Source: Oculina patagonica (Eukaryota). Taken from it: a stretch of DNA of 64,000 nucleotides. Made by a program: the position numbers and the translations under genes. The stretch lies in assembly GCF_052425735.1 (NCBI RefSeq), contig NC_135766.1, positions 26,908,001 through 26,972,000 of the forward strand. The letters run 5' to 3'. Under the pieces are notes generated by a model that had not been told where the DNA came from, ran no database searches, and saw nothing but the letters and a program-made list of their open reading frames with translations. Each line of letters starts with the position of its first letter. The first letter of the stretch is position 1. Positions 37,524-48,900 of the stretch are shown in pieces.

Positions 37524-40029
37524 GTAAGTCTCTCCTGATGAATAGTTCATTGTTCGTATGAAGTGCAGACACAAGTTTGAAGTGCCCCAAGTCCTTGTCT
37601 CAATGTCCCATCAAATTCAATTTGTGAGAGCTGTTCGTAACTATTCAAAGTTTTTTTGTATGTGTTAATTGAATTCGGTCGATGATTTCTGGCAAGTTTG
37701 AACATTTTAATTGTTTAGTTGACATTTAGCTTAATTATGGCGCCACGAAGTCACCGAAAAGTCGCTCAATTATTTTATTAGTTGTGCTATTACTTTCTGA
37801 TTTAGTTTGCAGAAAATTAGAAAAGAACACAAGGCACAAGTTTGAGTTTAAAAAGACATGCATTTCTTATTTAAAACGAAATAAAATTAAGACAAATCAA
37901 CTTAGTAAGTTGCGTTACTCAGATGTGACTGTCACCGTTGATGGGAATGTGACCAGAACATGTCGAGTTTAAACTGAAACGCTTTCTTTCAGGCTTTCTT
38001 TTCTTAACTGCTTACAGTTGCGTACATAGATGCGATGATCTTTTATGTATTACCAAATGCAATGCTATTCTTAACAAATCCAATGCATTTAAAGCCCGCA
38101 TGTATCGTAGATTTGGTCCTTCGAGCCGGATAACGACAATTGCTCAGAAAATCGGTGCTTAACACGATTAGCAATAACAACAACTACGTTAGATTTGCTC
38201 TGCGAGTAAACATAATCAGAATCCTAATTGGATTTCAAGATTGTGATAGACTCACACAGGATTTGGGAAATCAACTCCCTGTTTATATTCTTTTATTTAC
38301 TGTGTTGATCAGAGACTGGTTTCGCGTAATCCCGCAAGATCTCGCAAGATCCCGAGAGAAGCGCATTGTAAGCAAATCGCTGGTCAGAAGTTTAAAACAA
38401 TGTTTTTTATCTTAGTCGCAATCTTAAGCGCAATATTCTGTTTAGATAGAAATTGATTCCTAATGTCTTTGCTGATTTGCTACTCGCTTGTTTCGTTGTG
38501 GTTGACAAAATTTGGTTTTAACCCAAATACAGCCTTAAAATACAAATACTACTCAGGTTTTGTACATACTCAATTACGAAGCCTTTCAGCTGTTTAAAGA
38601 TTTAAACAAAAAGTGCACTTTAGTCTAAATAACGCATATTTTTTATCTCATTTGCTCAGGCTATAACGATTCGGAAAAGTACATGTAATATTCAAAGACG
38701 CTGAAAGAAAATAAGTAGCAACGAGGGGGGGGGGGGGGATGCCTGAGTTGCATTGTATATATTCAGCAATAAAGCATATTGTCGCTCCCTAGTAATAATT
38801 TTCAGACCCGCGCTTTCGAGAATCATACCCTCTTTGTTATCGTGAATATTTAATCAACGCGGAATTGAACAATGATCCTTGATTTAAGGACAATTCCAAA
38901 TGAGGAAATGTTTACACGGAATTTAAATCCTCATTTCAAAGTTACGCCTATTCTATACAACTTTAATGTTCTTAATACACAGACTACGAACCCTTAAAAC
39001 CTTTTTATTTCAACCTAGTCGATAATGAAGTCGAGTTTTTCCCAGCTTCTCAAGCTATTTGTTGTATACACCTTTTGTTTCGCTTCTGTGTTAAAAATTC
39101 AGCCATCAATTATTGATCGCTTTGCTCCCTATTGAACATGACCGCTAACTAAGATGTCGTTTTCTGGATTATTCTTTTCCTTTTTTTGAAAAACAAAACC
39201 GCGTCGAGCTGCGCTTTTTATGCGCCCGGGTTAGCCTGTTTTTTGTGTAGGAGTTTTCTGTTACTTTTCTTCGCTAATTTACAAAAACTGCGGCGACAAT
39301 TTGCGGTTTACGTTCGATTTAGTTAATATTCGTCACAGCAGGACGGAACAGTGCAAGTTGTGGACTTTCTTGACGAGAAACAACAAACTTAGGTGTGTTT
39401 CAGAGACCCATAATAACGCCATAAAAACTTTCCTTCCTAGCAACGTTTTACAAGTGAAGTGCTTCGCTTATTCAAGGGACTGAAGTACTAAAGCAAGTCG
39501 ATTACTGTTTCGTTTTAACTCAACTTTTAAACAATAGATGTCTACAATCATTGGATTATATCAGTGTTGTGTTTCCACTGTTTACAAACTGATTCTTATG
39601 TCTTCAATCTTTATTGCAGCTTAACTATTTTATATCTCCAACTGTTGAACGTGCTGGCTACAAGGAAAAGGCATCGACATTTATGCATGAAGAGATGTAA
39701 TGGAGTGAAGATTTTAAACTTACGTCGAAAGAAACACAAACGAGCTTGTAAATCTTCTTTCATGATTTAACTCCAACACTTCGAGGAAATTCGAGGTAAA
39801 TTCATAATATTCATTCCAAACAAAAGCTTTGTATTTATTGACGCCTATTTGTATTGGACTATTTTTCACGAATAGAGTTTGCTTTAATGCTCTGTTAAGT
39901 TCTTATACCATTGATCATCCATATGTACAATAACCCGCTCAATTGTTACTCTTATGCTAAATGCAGTTGTAGGAAATTTAAACAGTGGCATTCTAAATTG
40001 ATAATTTATGTTTCCGCGATACAAAGTTT

Positions 40030-40300
40030 CGTCTGTTTCTGGAATCCTTGCATTCCTTCCTCGACAAAAACACTATAAACGAAAGAGCGCCCTTCCCAAG
40101 GGTTTACGAATCGCTAGTTGCTCCCCAGGGGGACAACGAACAATAACGTCGATGTAGCTTATTAGAATTCTGCGAACCTTGCAAAAATCCATCATTCTCT
40201 GAAGAAGACCGCAGAAGGCGGTCGAAAATTTAGAGTATCGTTTTATATTTTTAGATCTGTTTTAAACATTTTTATATTTTAAGTCTGTGTTATATATTGG
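40030..40300 (+). mobile_element. Penelope-like element 3' fragment (GIY-YIG endonuclease C-terminus plus 3' UTR/pLTR)
   Basis: RLFLESLHSFLDKNTINERAPFPRVYESLV..* (40030-40146) resembles the 'R.FLE.WH..N....P..Y' end of PLE endonucleases. It is followed by a hammerhead motif and an AT-rich tail. Confidence 0.7.
40194..40236 (+). ncRNA. Minimal type I hammerhead ribozyme (predicted)
   Basis: Stem I AUUCU/AGAGU; core CUGAAGA (40199-40205) plus an extra A; stem II GACCGC/GCGGUC; GAAA (40224-27); loopless palindromic stem III AAUU; NUH triplet UUU. Confidence 0.7.
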
Positions 40301-41125
40301 TGTAAAAATTATGACTGAATGTTTGCCGCAAAAAACAGCCTCATAACCATCTAGCCTGCAGTGAAATTTTGCCTATACGGTGTTCTACCGGGCAAACATT
40401 TTTGATATGATACCATGATGACTGAGTTACAGTGCAATAACAGTTGCAAGGCCCGATATTTGTAGTAAAGAATTTTGTAAGACATTTTGATCTTAATAAT
40501 CGACAGCAAAGTCAATTTACGGCAAATGCGTGCGTAGGTGTTGAAACATGCGGTATTCTTAAAATGATTATACATTAGTTAACTAAAAAATGTGCAGAAA
40601 AGCAGTTCTTGCTTCTATAAAAAAGAAAGAAGAAAGCTTAGGTTTATTTAGCTAAGTTCCATTGTCGAAATCGACAGATTCTTATTATGTTTAATGTCAA
40701 AATCTTTGACGTAAAAAAACTCGAGCTTTTCTTGTTGGGGTTTTAGTTCGTTTTCTCTCCAAGAAAAACCTTATTTAATATTTTATTCGTCGCCTTTGTC
40801 GGTTAACTTTGTTTTGTCAAAACATCTTTAAGGACAAAAGATGTTTTTGAATTAACAATATAAATACCATTCACGTGCCAACAATTCCCTTTGAACCTAT
40901 TTTAACGAATTATAAGAAAATTACTTTTCAGTCATGCGATCATGGTTCGACTTCACAAGAATCATATAACTTTGACTAAGTGATTGAACTTGAAAGTACT
41001 TGGGCCAAAATAGCCTCCTTCGCGGTGGGTGGGGGAAGGGGGTGGAGTACTTTGAAAGTGGAGTGTCTTTCCCAAAAACACAACACAAAGACTCAGTCAT
41101 ATTCGTAATCACACTCAGCAACTTA

Positions 41126-41499
41126 GGCCCCGTCCACACTGACCCGGGTAAATTGGAAAACGGAGAAATTTGAAAACGCCGCGTAAAATGTTTTCCGTCC
41201 ACATTAACCCGGGTAAATTTGAAAACGACACGCTTCATTAGTAAGTAAAAGTAAAAGTAAAGTCTTTATTTAACGAGGGTAGCACTAAAATAACATAAAA
41301 AATACTAACAAACCAGTGGCCCTCTAAAATTATTACAATAAAATATAAAAATACACTATTTCCAAACGCTCATTGGTGAGCGTTTTTGAAAAGCTCCGTT
41401 TTCGGTGACCGAAAACGCCGTTTCAGTGTGGACGGTTGGCCTAACCGGAGAAAAAAAAGATGCGTTTTAAAATTTACCCGGATCAGTGTGGACGGGGCC
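41126..41499. mobile_element. PIF/Harbinger-like MITE (TTA TSD) carrying a nested LINE 3' tail (~41243-41360, minus)
   Basis: GGCCCCGTCCACACTGA / TCAGTGTGGACGGGGCC with TTA on both sides. The internal minus strand reads CTACCCTCGTTAAATAAAGAC(TTTTAC)n. Confidence 0.8.
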
Positions 41500-41505
41500 T
41501 TATTC

Positions 41506-41786
41506 TAGAGCAGTTTTCAACTGAGTGTCGTAAAACCAAAACCAAAGTAATATTACTCTGGCCAATCACAAAGGACACAAACAATCCAGTAAACCAATTA
41601 ATAATACATGCATGTCGCAGGCACGAAGCGCGGGAAAACGTGCGTAAGCGAGTCACGATTGGTTTTGGTTTTACCTCTGATTGGCTAAGAAAGTGGCGCG
41701 AGATTTTTAAACCAATCACTAAGCGTAGTAATGCAAAACCAATGCAAACGCAAATTACTTTCGACACTCAAGTGAAAACCGCTCTA
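41506..41786. mobile_element. TAGAGC-family MITE, opposite orientation to the 31035 copy
   Basis: TAGAGCAGTTTTCAACTGAG..CTCAAGTGAAAACCGCTCTA. Confidence 0.85.
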
Positions 41787-42069
41787 TCCTCACTGATCCC
41801 CGAGTTTGACGCACCACAATGCAATTGCATATTTAGTTAAAACTGACAGACTCATAAGACAGTAGACTAGTTCTAGAAACACTAGATAATTTGTAGTTAG
41901 TAATTGCAGTGAAAAAAGAAAGTATGGGCGCCTTTCAATTGTCAGAACTGGCCGGCCAGTCCGGTGGTTTTTAATGTGAAATGAACCTTTTCCACGAGAT
42001 TTTCCAACAAATCCACCATAACAATGTATAATATTGATATATTGACTGGACAAATCTGACTAACAACAG

Positions 42070-42117
42070 AATAGACCATTTTACAGTTGTCTGCTCAGTG
42101 ACCTGGCCTTTGAATGG

Positions 42118-42148
<31 letters not shown>

Positions 42149-42311
42149 CAGACCTGGCTGCTTTTGTTGTGTAAATCATGTTGTTCTGATGCTAACTAGT
42201 TTGCATTTTACATGATAAAGCAAAGAGGTTTGTATCAATACAAGGTCACCTCCAGCCTCGCTAGCATTCAAAGGCCAGGTTACTTAGCAGGCAACTGTAA
42301 AATGGACTATT
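42070..42311. mobile_element. AATAG..CTATT palindromic MITE nested in an older TIR element (~41925-42365)
   Basis: AATAGACCATTTTACAGTTG / CAACTGTAAAATGGACTATT; outer TTGTCAGAACTGGCCGGCCAGTCCGGT / ACCGGACTGGCCGACCTAGTTCTGACAA. Confidence 0.75.
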
Positions 42312-42441
42312 ATGTTCTTGAATATACCGGACTGGCCGACCTAGTTCTGACAAATGGAAAGCGCTACCCTAAGAAGATGATTCTCAAGGTCCTCACTTTG
42401 CTGTTACTCGTTGCAGACCGCTCGTGAGATAACCAACAACT

Positions 42442-43863
42442 ATGCATGTGGTATCAGTGGCTGCGTCATCACGCTCTGGGCCTGGGTATGAGCTAGACCG
42501 CTACACCAGAGGAGAAAGTTTAGAATACTACTGCCCGCAAACAGTCACTTCAGCGGATGTAGGAATAAGAATACGTATCAACGTCCGGGGACTGGTATTC
42601 GAGACATACGAACAAACTCTGGCCCAGTATCCCCAAACACTACTCGGCTCGCCCAGTAAGCGTGTGGAATATTACAACCCATTGAGCAAAGAATACTGTT
42701 TTGATCGCGACAAAACTGTGTTTGACTCGATTCTGTTCTTCTATCAATCATGCGGGATTCTATCGTGTCCCGAACATATCCCGCGGGAAAATTTCTTGGA
42801 AGAGATCAAGTTTTTTCAACTTCACCAAGCTGACAAGAGATACAAGGAAGAAATTGAACCGGAAGAAGTAAAAATAGTGGAAGTGGAATTACCTGAAAAT
42901 CCGATACAGAGAAAAATTTGGAAACTTTTTGAGTATCCCGATTCGTCGATATGGGCGGATTTCCTGGCAAAATTCAGTTTGTTAATTATAATAATGTCTA
43001 CAATTACATTTTGTATCGAAACTCTTCCGACCTTTGGACGTCACACGGTCTGTCGGAATATCACGTCGAACGTTTTATCAAACGACACAAGCCTTCATAA
43101 TGATTCAAGTTTTCTGTCTAACGATTCTCAAGTTATTGTGCGACAGTGTACTGTTATTGAGCGAGGGGCTTACTGGTCGACGATAGAAGCTGTCTATGTG
43201 GCATGGTTCACTTTTGAGTACGTAATGCGAGTTATTTCCGCTCCAAAGAAAGTTAAATTTATTACTTCCGCTTTGGGCATGGTTGACTTTTTAGCCATTT
43301 TACCTTATTACATCACTCTTATGTTCCAAGAAGATGGCATGCTGCTGACGTCATTTCCTGTCCTAAGAATAATTCGCCTGATACGGGTGTTACGAGTTTT
43401 AAAGCTTTCTCGCTACAGCAAAGGCTTAAAAGTCCTCGCTAAGACACTTTTAATAAGCGGTAAAGATCTGCCGTCGTTGTTCGCCGTTTTAATCATTAAT
43501 GTGATTCTTTTTTCGAGCGTTGTCTATTATGTGGAAAATGACGTCAAAGATACTGACTTTGAGAGTATCCCAGACGCCTTTTGGTGGACGATAATTACCA
43601 TGACCGCAGTGGGTTATGGGGACAAGGTGCCGAAAGGTGCGCTGGGTAAATTAATCGGAGCAATTTGCGCTGTGTCAGGGATCGTGGTACTCTTCTGTTT
43701 CCCGACCCCAGTTCTGCTTTCACACTTCGAAGAGATGTACAAAAAGAAACCAAAAGGGAAAGAAACTCAAAAGGACGACAAAGAAGAAGGAGAGAAAAAG
43801 AAAATGAAAGACACAGAAGTTCGCTTGGTTGGCGAAGAGGAGCGCGACGAGATTTATATTTAA
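42442..43863 (+). CDS. Shaker/Kv1 (KCNA)-family voltage-gated K+ channel, probable regulatory (silent) subunit, 473 aa, single coding exon
   Basis: Kv1-type T1 domain (INVRGLVFET..TLAQYPQTLLG..EYCFDR..FDSILFFYQS), WKLFEYPDSS, FCIETLP, S4 LRIIRLIRVLRVLKLSRYSKGL, pore SIPDAFWW..TMTAVGYGD, S6 FCFPTPVLLSHF. Confidence 0.95.
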   Translation: MHVVSVAASSRSGPGYELDRYTRGESLEYYCPQTVTSADVGIRIRINVRGLVFETYEQTLAQYPQTLLGSPSKRVEYYNPLSKEYCFDRDKTVFDSILFFYQSCGILSCPEHIPRENFLEEIKFFQLHQADKRYKEEIEPEEVKIVEVELPENPIQRKIWKLFEYPDSSIWADFLAKFSLLIIIMSTITFCIETLPTFGRHTVCRNITSNVLSNDTSLHNDSSFLSNDSQVIVRQCTVIERGAYWSTIEAVYVAWFTFEYVMRVISAPKKVKFITSALGMVDFLAILPYYITLMFQEDGMLLTSFPVLRIIRLIRVLRVLKLSRYSKGLKVLAKTLLISGKDLPSLFAVLIINVILFSSVVYYVENDVKDTDFESIPDAFWWTIITMTAVGYGDKVPKGALGKLIGAICAVSGIVVLFCFPTPVLLSHFEEMYKKKPKGKETQKDDKEEGEKKKMKDTEVRLVGEEERDEIYI

Positions 43864-45920
43864 TTCTATATTTTATATTGCCAGTATCAAAAAGTTACCA
43901 AAAGTTTGTGCCAAAGAGCAAAACAAACTGCAGTTTCCGTCAAGAAATAAGAGAACGCGATCTCTTGCTAAAACGTTCTTTGCAGTGCACAATTCTAAAA
44001 GAAAGACTTTTTTTAAAACAGTTTGTTTCAAAAATAGCTTTACTTTGTTTAAGTAGTTTCTTGAGTGGAACATTCACAACCCTTATAGTGTGAAATATTT
44101 TTATATCTTTTTGATACTTGTCTCAGGGGGTCGATGTCAATTGGGGCTTTGCCCTGTTTCTGCCTCCTGTCGCACGGTTTTTTTTTCTTGCTATTAAGAT
44201 TTTTGTTTTTTTCTCGTAAAGTTAAATTTGTGCGACAAAGAAAATAAACTAAACTAAACCCCTTTCAGTGGCGGATCCAGACCTTGAAATAAGGAGGGGA
44301 CCCTTTTTTGTGCGTGTACACCTCCAAAGACATTTAACGGGGATAGCCTTATACCAAAACTAAGGAGGGGGCCTGGACCCCCGGGGCCTCTCCCCTAGAT
44401 CTACCACTGTCTTTGGTCCTAAGATCAATTTATTTAGAAGTAATAAACTTAAACGAAGATTGTCTTCTTTCGGCGAATTTTTATTTTAAGTTTCGACTGC
44501 AAATAAAATGCAAAAAATCTAATTTCTTCCTTCAGCTAATGAGGGAATATGGATATTCCTTAGAAAACGTAATTAGAAAAAGTGTAATGGACTTTAACCT
44601 TTAAGTCCTGACAGATGCGTTATAAGTTTGCCTCAGACGATGACGTTAATTTTAATTTTTTAATGTAGGATGAATAAAGTTTTGACCAAAGTTACGATCG
44701 ACTTGTTGACGTGATTTGTGGATTTTTTAAGGAGGCCCGCGCGTATTTATGAGGCCGCAGCGCGCGTTTTAAAACAGGAAACGTGAGGCGATTGCTTAGA
44801 TTTTTGAGAATCTCCTGAAAGAATAGTCCTTAGATCATATAAAATCATAAATTTTGTGGCGATCACAAGCGATTTGTTTAAGCTATGAGCGTTTTTTGTA
44901 AGCCTTTGTTTGGGTGAATTTTTTTGTAATTAACTCAAAACGCTGCCAAACAGTTAAAGTTTACTCACAAAAACTTACAAGATAATCTACTCGTAGATTT
45001 CCTGAAGGAGCCACTTCTTTATTTTGCCTATAAAAACTGTTGTGTTATGCGTCTGTCTTGACCGTCGCATAAATGTGATGCTTATAATAAACCAACGCCA
45101 GCCAGTTTTGAGGCTGATGTCACGTTAATCTCGTGTGTAAAAGTTAAAAAGATCGTGTTATATATATCAAATATTAGCAGTCAATAAAGATGGATGGTTT
45201 TCAGCCGAATTTTTGAAAATATCAAACAAATGACTTAATGCGAAAAATTTGTCGATTTGTTTTGCATTTTTTCTATGCTGCAGCTAGAACAGGATATTAC
45301 AAAGGTTTGTGCCAAATTTCAGCGTGTTCCTTTCATTCGGTTTTTTTGAAGAATTTCGGTCGGAGTCAGATACATTTGCTTTCCAAGTTCCAGTCGCTTT
45401 GTAACCCCGCATTTCGAATGAAGTTATACTGTTTTTAATGAAGAGCGGTGTTACTTTCAAATTCCGCATGATCTTCTGCCGCTTGGAAATAATACGGCCT
45501 GAAATAGTAGAACTAAATGACAATTACCGTTCATGCACATGTATTCTCTAAAAAAATGCCTTACTAAACGCAGAGTTCCTTTAGTAAAATTTTTTATATT
45601 TTGAGCTATTCAGCTGATTCCTATATCATTCCTAATCTTTGTGGACGTTTCTATTTGTCTTTAGCACGCTATAAAACACAGAAATATTAGTTACTGCTCT
45701 TTTATTGCCTGTCGCGTGGCGTGCGGACGCATCGCCACACTCCCGCAAAAATTGATTTGCATGCTAAACGTGCCTACATCTTGGTTTGGTGGTGAGGGTC
45801 TGGAGCGAGAGATTCCGTTACGTTTGAATGTAGTGAACATGAAGTGATTTCAACTCACCGGGGGCTCGTTCATTCAGTGCTTGTGGAATGATTTTTGTTT
45901 GTAGTTAGTTTTTTACAAGA

Positions 45921-48900
45921 ATGCGACGACGTCCTCGTAAACGATTAAAAGAAGAAGATGATATAGAAGGTAAGGTATTTAAAAAAGTATCCTTCATGAC
46001 AAATAACGAAAGTTCTCACGAGATCGATCGTATTTACGCTCCAAAGTCACAGAACTCGAGTCTTGTAATTTGAATCTTGTACCAATAATTAACTTATGCA
46101 CTACGTTATTACGTTCGAATCAGTAATTCTCTTACCTCTTTAGCACACAAAATCCTTGTAAAATGTTGCTGAGATCTTTTACTACAGAGATTTTCAGTGT
46201 TTACGTGTCGACATGACAAATTCGAAGAAACCTGCCCTTGAAGTATTCGCGCCCTTTCTTAATTTAACCTTAACAAGGAATTTACTCGGCATAAATTATC
46301 TTTAAGCTTTATATATTGCCAAATTGTCTATATTTTGGAAATCAAATCAGAATAATTGAAGTTGAGTGCAAGTTAAAAAGTAAACAAAAATTTTTAAGAT
46401 GGTGATTTAAACTTTAATAAGGTAGATCTGTTTTTCCAGCTGGTATGGTTTGTTTGTTTGTGGATGCAAGCTGGGTAGCTCTTTAGTGCCGTGAATACTA
46501 TGTCTCTGGGTTTCAAAGCTCAATAAGGATGTAGTTTTATCCCATGTCAGAAAGGTACTAAAAAGATAAGAATAGACCTCTTTAGCTTTGTTTGTTTTGT
46601 CGTCCCATTTCAGACCATGTGATGTTACCCTTTAGAATTACATCTTTCAACTTCAAGCAAATTCATGTGGAAATGAATGAATAATTTCCAAATAGACAAA
46701 GGAACAATTCTCTATAGAGCATCAAAATGATCTGAAATGGACAATTTACATGTGTAGCTAAAGAGGTCTATTCTGACAAAAGTACAATGATTCAATTTAG
46801 CACCTCCTTTCTAATTATTAAGCACTCCCCTTGAGTGTCATTTTTTTAAGGCTGGTTTTCAATTCACTGGTGATGGAGTCAGAGTCATAACGAGGGTCTA
46901 TTATACTTTGGGGGTTTAAGCTGATTTTGAGCGTCTGTCAGCGGGCACATTCCTTGTTTTCTGGTGGTCTACAGTCAAGAAATTTATGGCGGTCTCAGCC
47001 TCAGCAGAAAATAAAAGAAATTGTCAGTCTAAGAAGGAAAAAAACCGTGACGGTCTGCAGACTGAAAGACCCCCTATAACAGACCTTTCATAATCAGAAG
47101 TGCAGAGCATTATGATCTAACGATTCCTCTTATAACTTGGTCACTAATGATCCAGTGAACTGAAACTTAGTTGTCAGAGTCAGAAGCAGAAAAGAAATAC
47201 GGTGTACTTGGAGGGCCTGAGAGCTAGCATTGTGATTGGTTTGTTCTTCTGCTTTTGCTTGCGACTCCAACAACCTAGTTTTCACTGGACCATGAGCCAC
47301 AAAGTCAAATAGAAATTATCACAGGAAAATGGAAACATTCTTTGACTGATTCTTCTGACTTTGATTCTGTTAAGGCTATGACTCCACCGATTCTCACTAG
47401 GTCATTAGCACTCTTACAACTCTAATTATGACTCTGACAACCTCTGACTCCATTGCTAGTAAAAACAAGCCTTTAATAAGGAGCCTTATTCCAAAAGTCC
47501 CCCCTTCCAGTAAGCTCCCTCATTGCAAAAGTAACTTTCAAGACATTGGTGTAGAATGAGGGGGGCAAAGGGTTTATGCGTGACACGTGAAAAGGGCAAA
47601 AATTAGTCCGTGACGCGTGAAAATAGGGCAAAAATTAGACCGTGACGCGTGAAAAATAGTTAGAAAAGAAACGTGATCCGTGAATTCTGCTGTTTCAAGT
47701 ATATGTGACACGTGAATTTGGTTAAAACTTGTGCGTGAAACGGGATCATGAACCCCCCCTTTGGTACCCTCTAGAATATACTGATTAGATGAGTAGATCA
47801 TGTGGCCTGCTTGTTGGCCAGTAAGGTACATTCCCAATTATTAAAAACTCTCTTAGTTCCTTGAACCTGGGTGGGGGATAGGGCCAGATATTATTGAAAA
47901 CTAGCACTGGTAGATTGAAATCTCTACGTTTTGATTGGTTAACAGGCAATGGTATATATGAGCTTGTATACCATTGACCACAAATATGGTAGCCGATATG
48001 CGTCAACGAAAACAGCTGGGAAGCTCAAATATTGCAATATTCTTTGGGCGTTTTTAATAAAACAACTATTCCACTTGTGCAATGTTGGATATGAGATTGT
48101 TATAGCCAACTCGGCACTACCAGCTTGTTGGCTATCTACCATGTCATATCCAATGTGCGCTCGTGGAATAATAATTGTTAAATATTACTGTTTAACATTT
48201 ACTCAAAATCTTTCTGTACACCCATGTATTTTGATTCTTAAACAGATAGTAAAGTTTGTAAGCTGTGTAAGGAAGGACCAGATGAAGAACTGTTTGGGAA
48301 ATATTTTGTGGATGAGACAAGTGGTTTTTCAGTTCACCAGTATTGCATGGTAAGAGATTGTAAAGGTACACTTTAATTCTTCCTTTAGTACAAGAAATGA
48401 ATCCCAGTTAACAATAATTTATTGGTTCATGCTTTAGCATGCTTTATCAAGTTATGGTGCATGGAGAAGTTTGGAGATCATAAAAGAAGCTTGCTACTTA
48501 TGTGCTTTCCAAACTTCCGGCATGTACCATAACTTGATAGTGCACTTCAAAACCATCAACCAATTGTTTTATAGCATCCCCGTGGAAATGTACAAAAAAA
48601 ACCTGCACAGAAAACTCACATGATAAAAATTTTCTGGCAAAGCAATTTGCCTACACACTATTAGATCATAGGGAATGCTTACTGTTTTTGAAAAAAAATA
48701 GAACCATGGTAACTTAAACTATTTAAAGTTTAGTTTTCCTTGATCAAAATTTACCCTGATAACTTGAATTCTGTTTCTTGCAACTCGCCACGGATGCCCA
48801 TTGAAATATCTTGTTAGCTTTTGTCATGTTATGGAATCTAAACACTAAGAGTAACACTTCAGCAATTTTATTTTAATCAATATAAAATATTTGATCTGTC

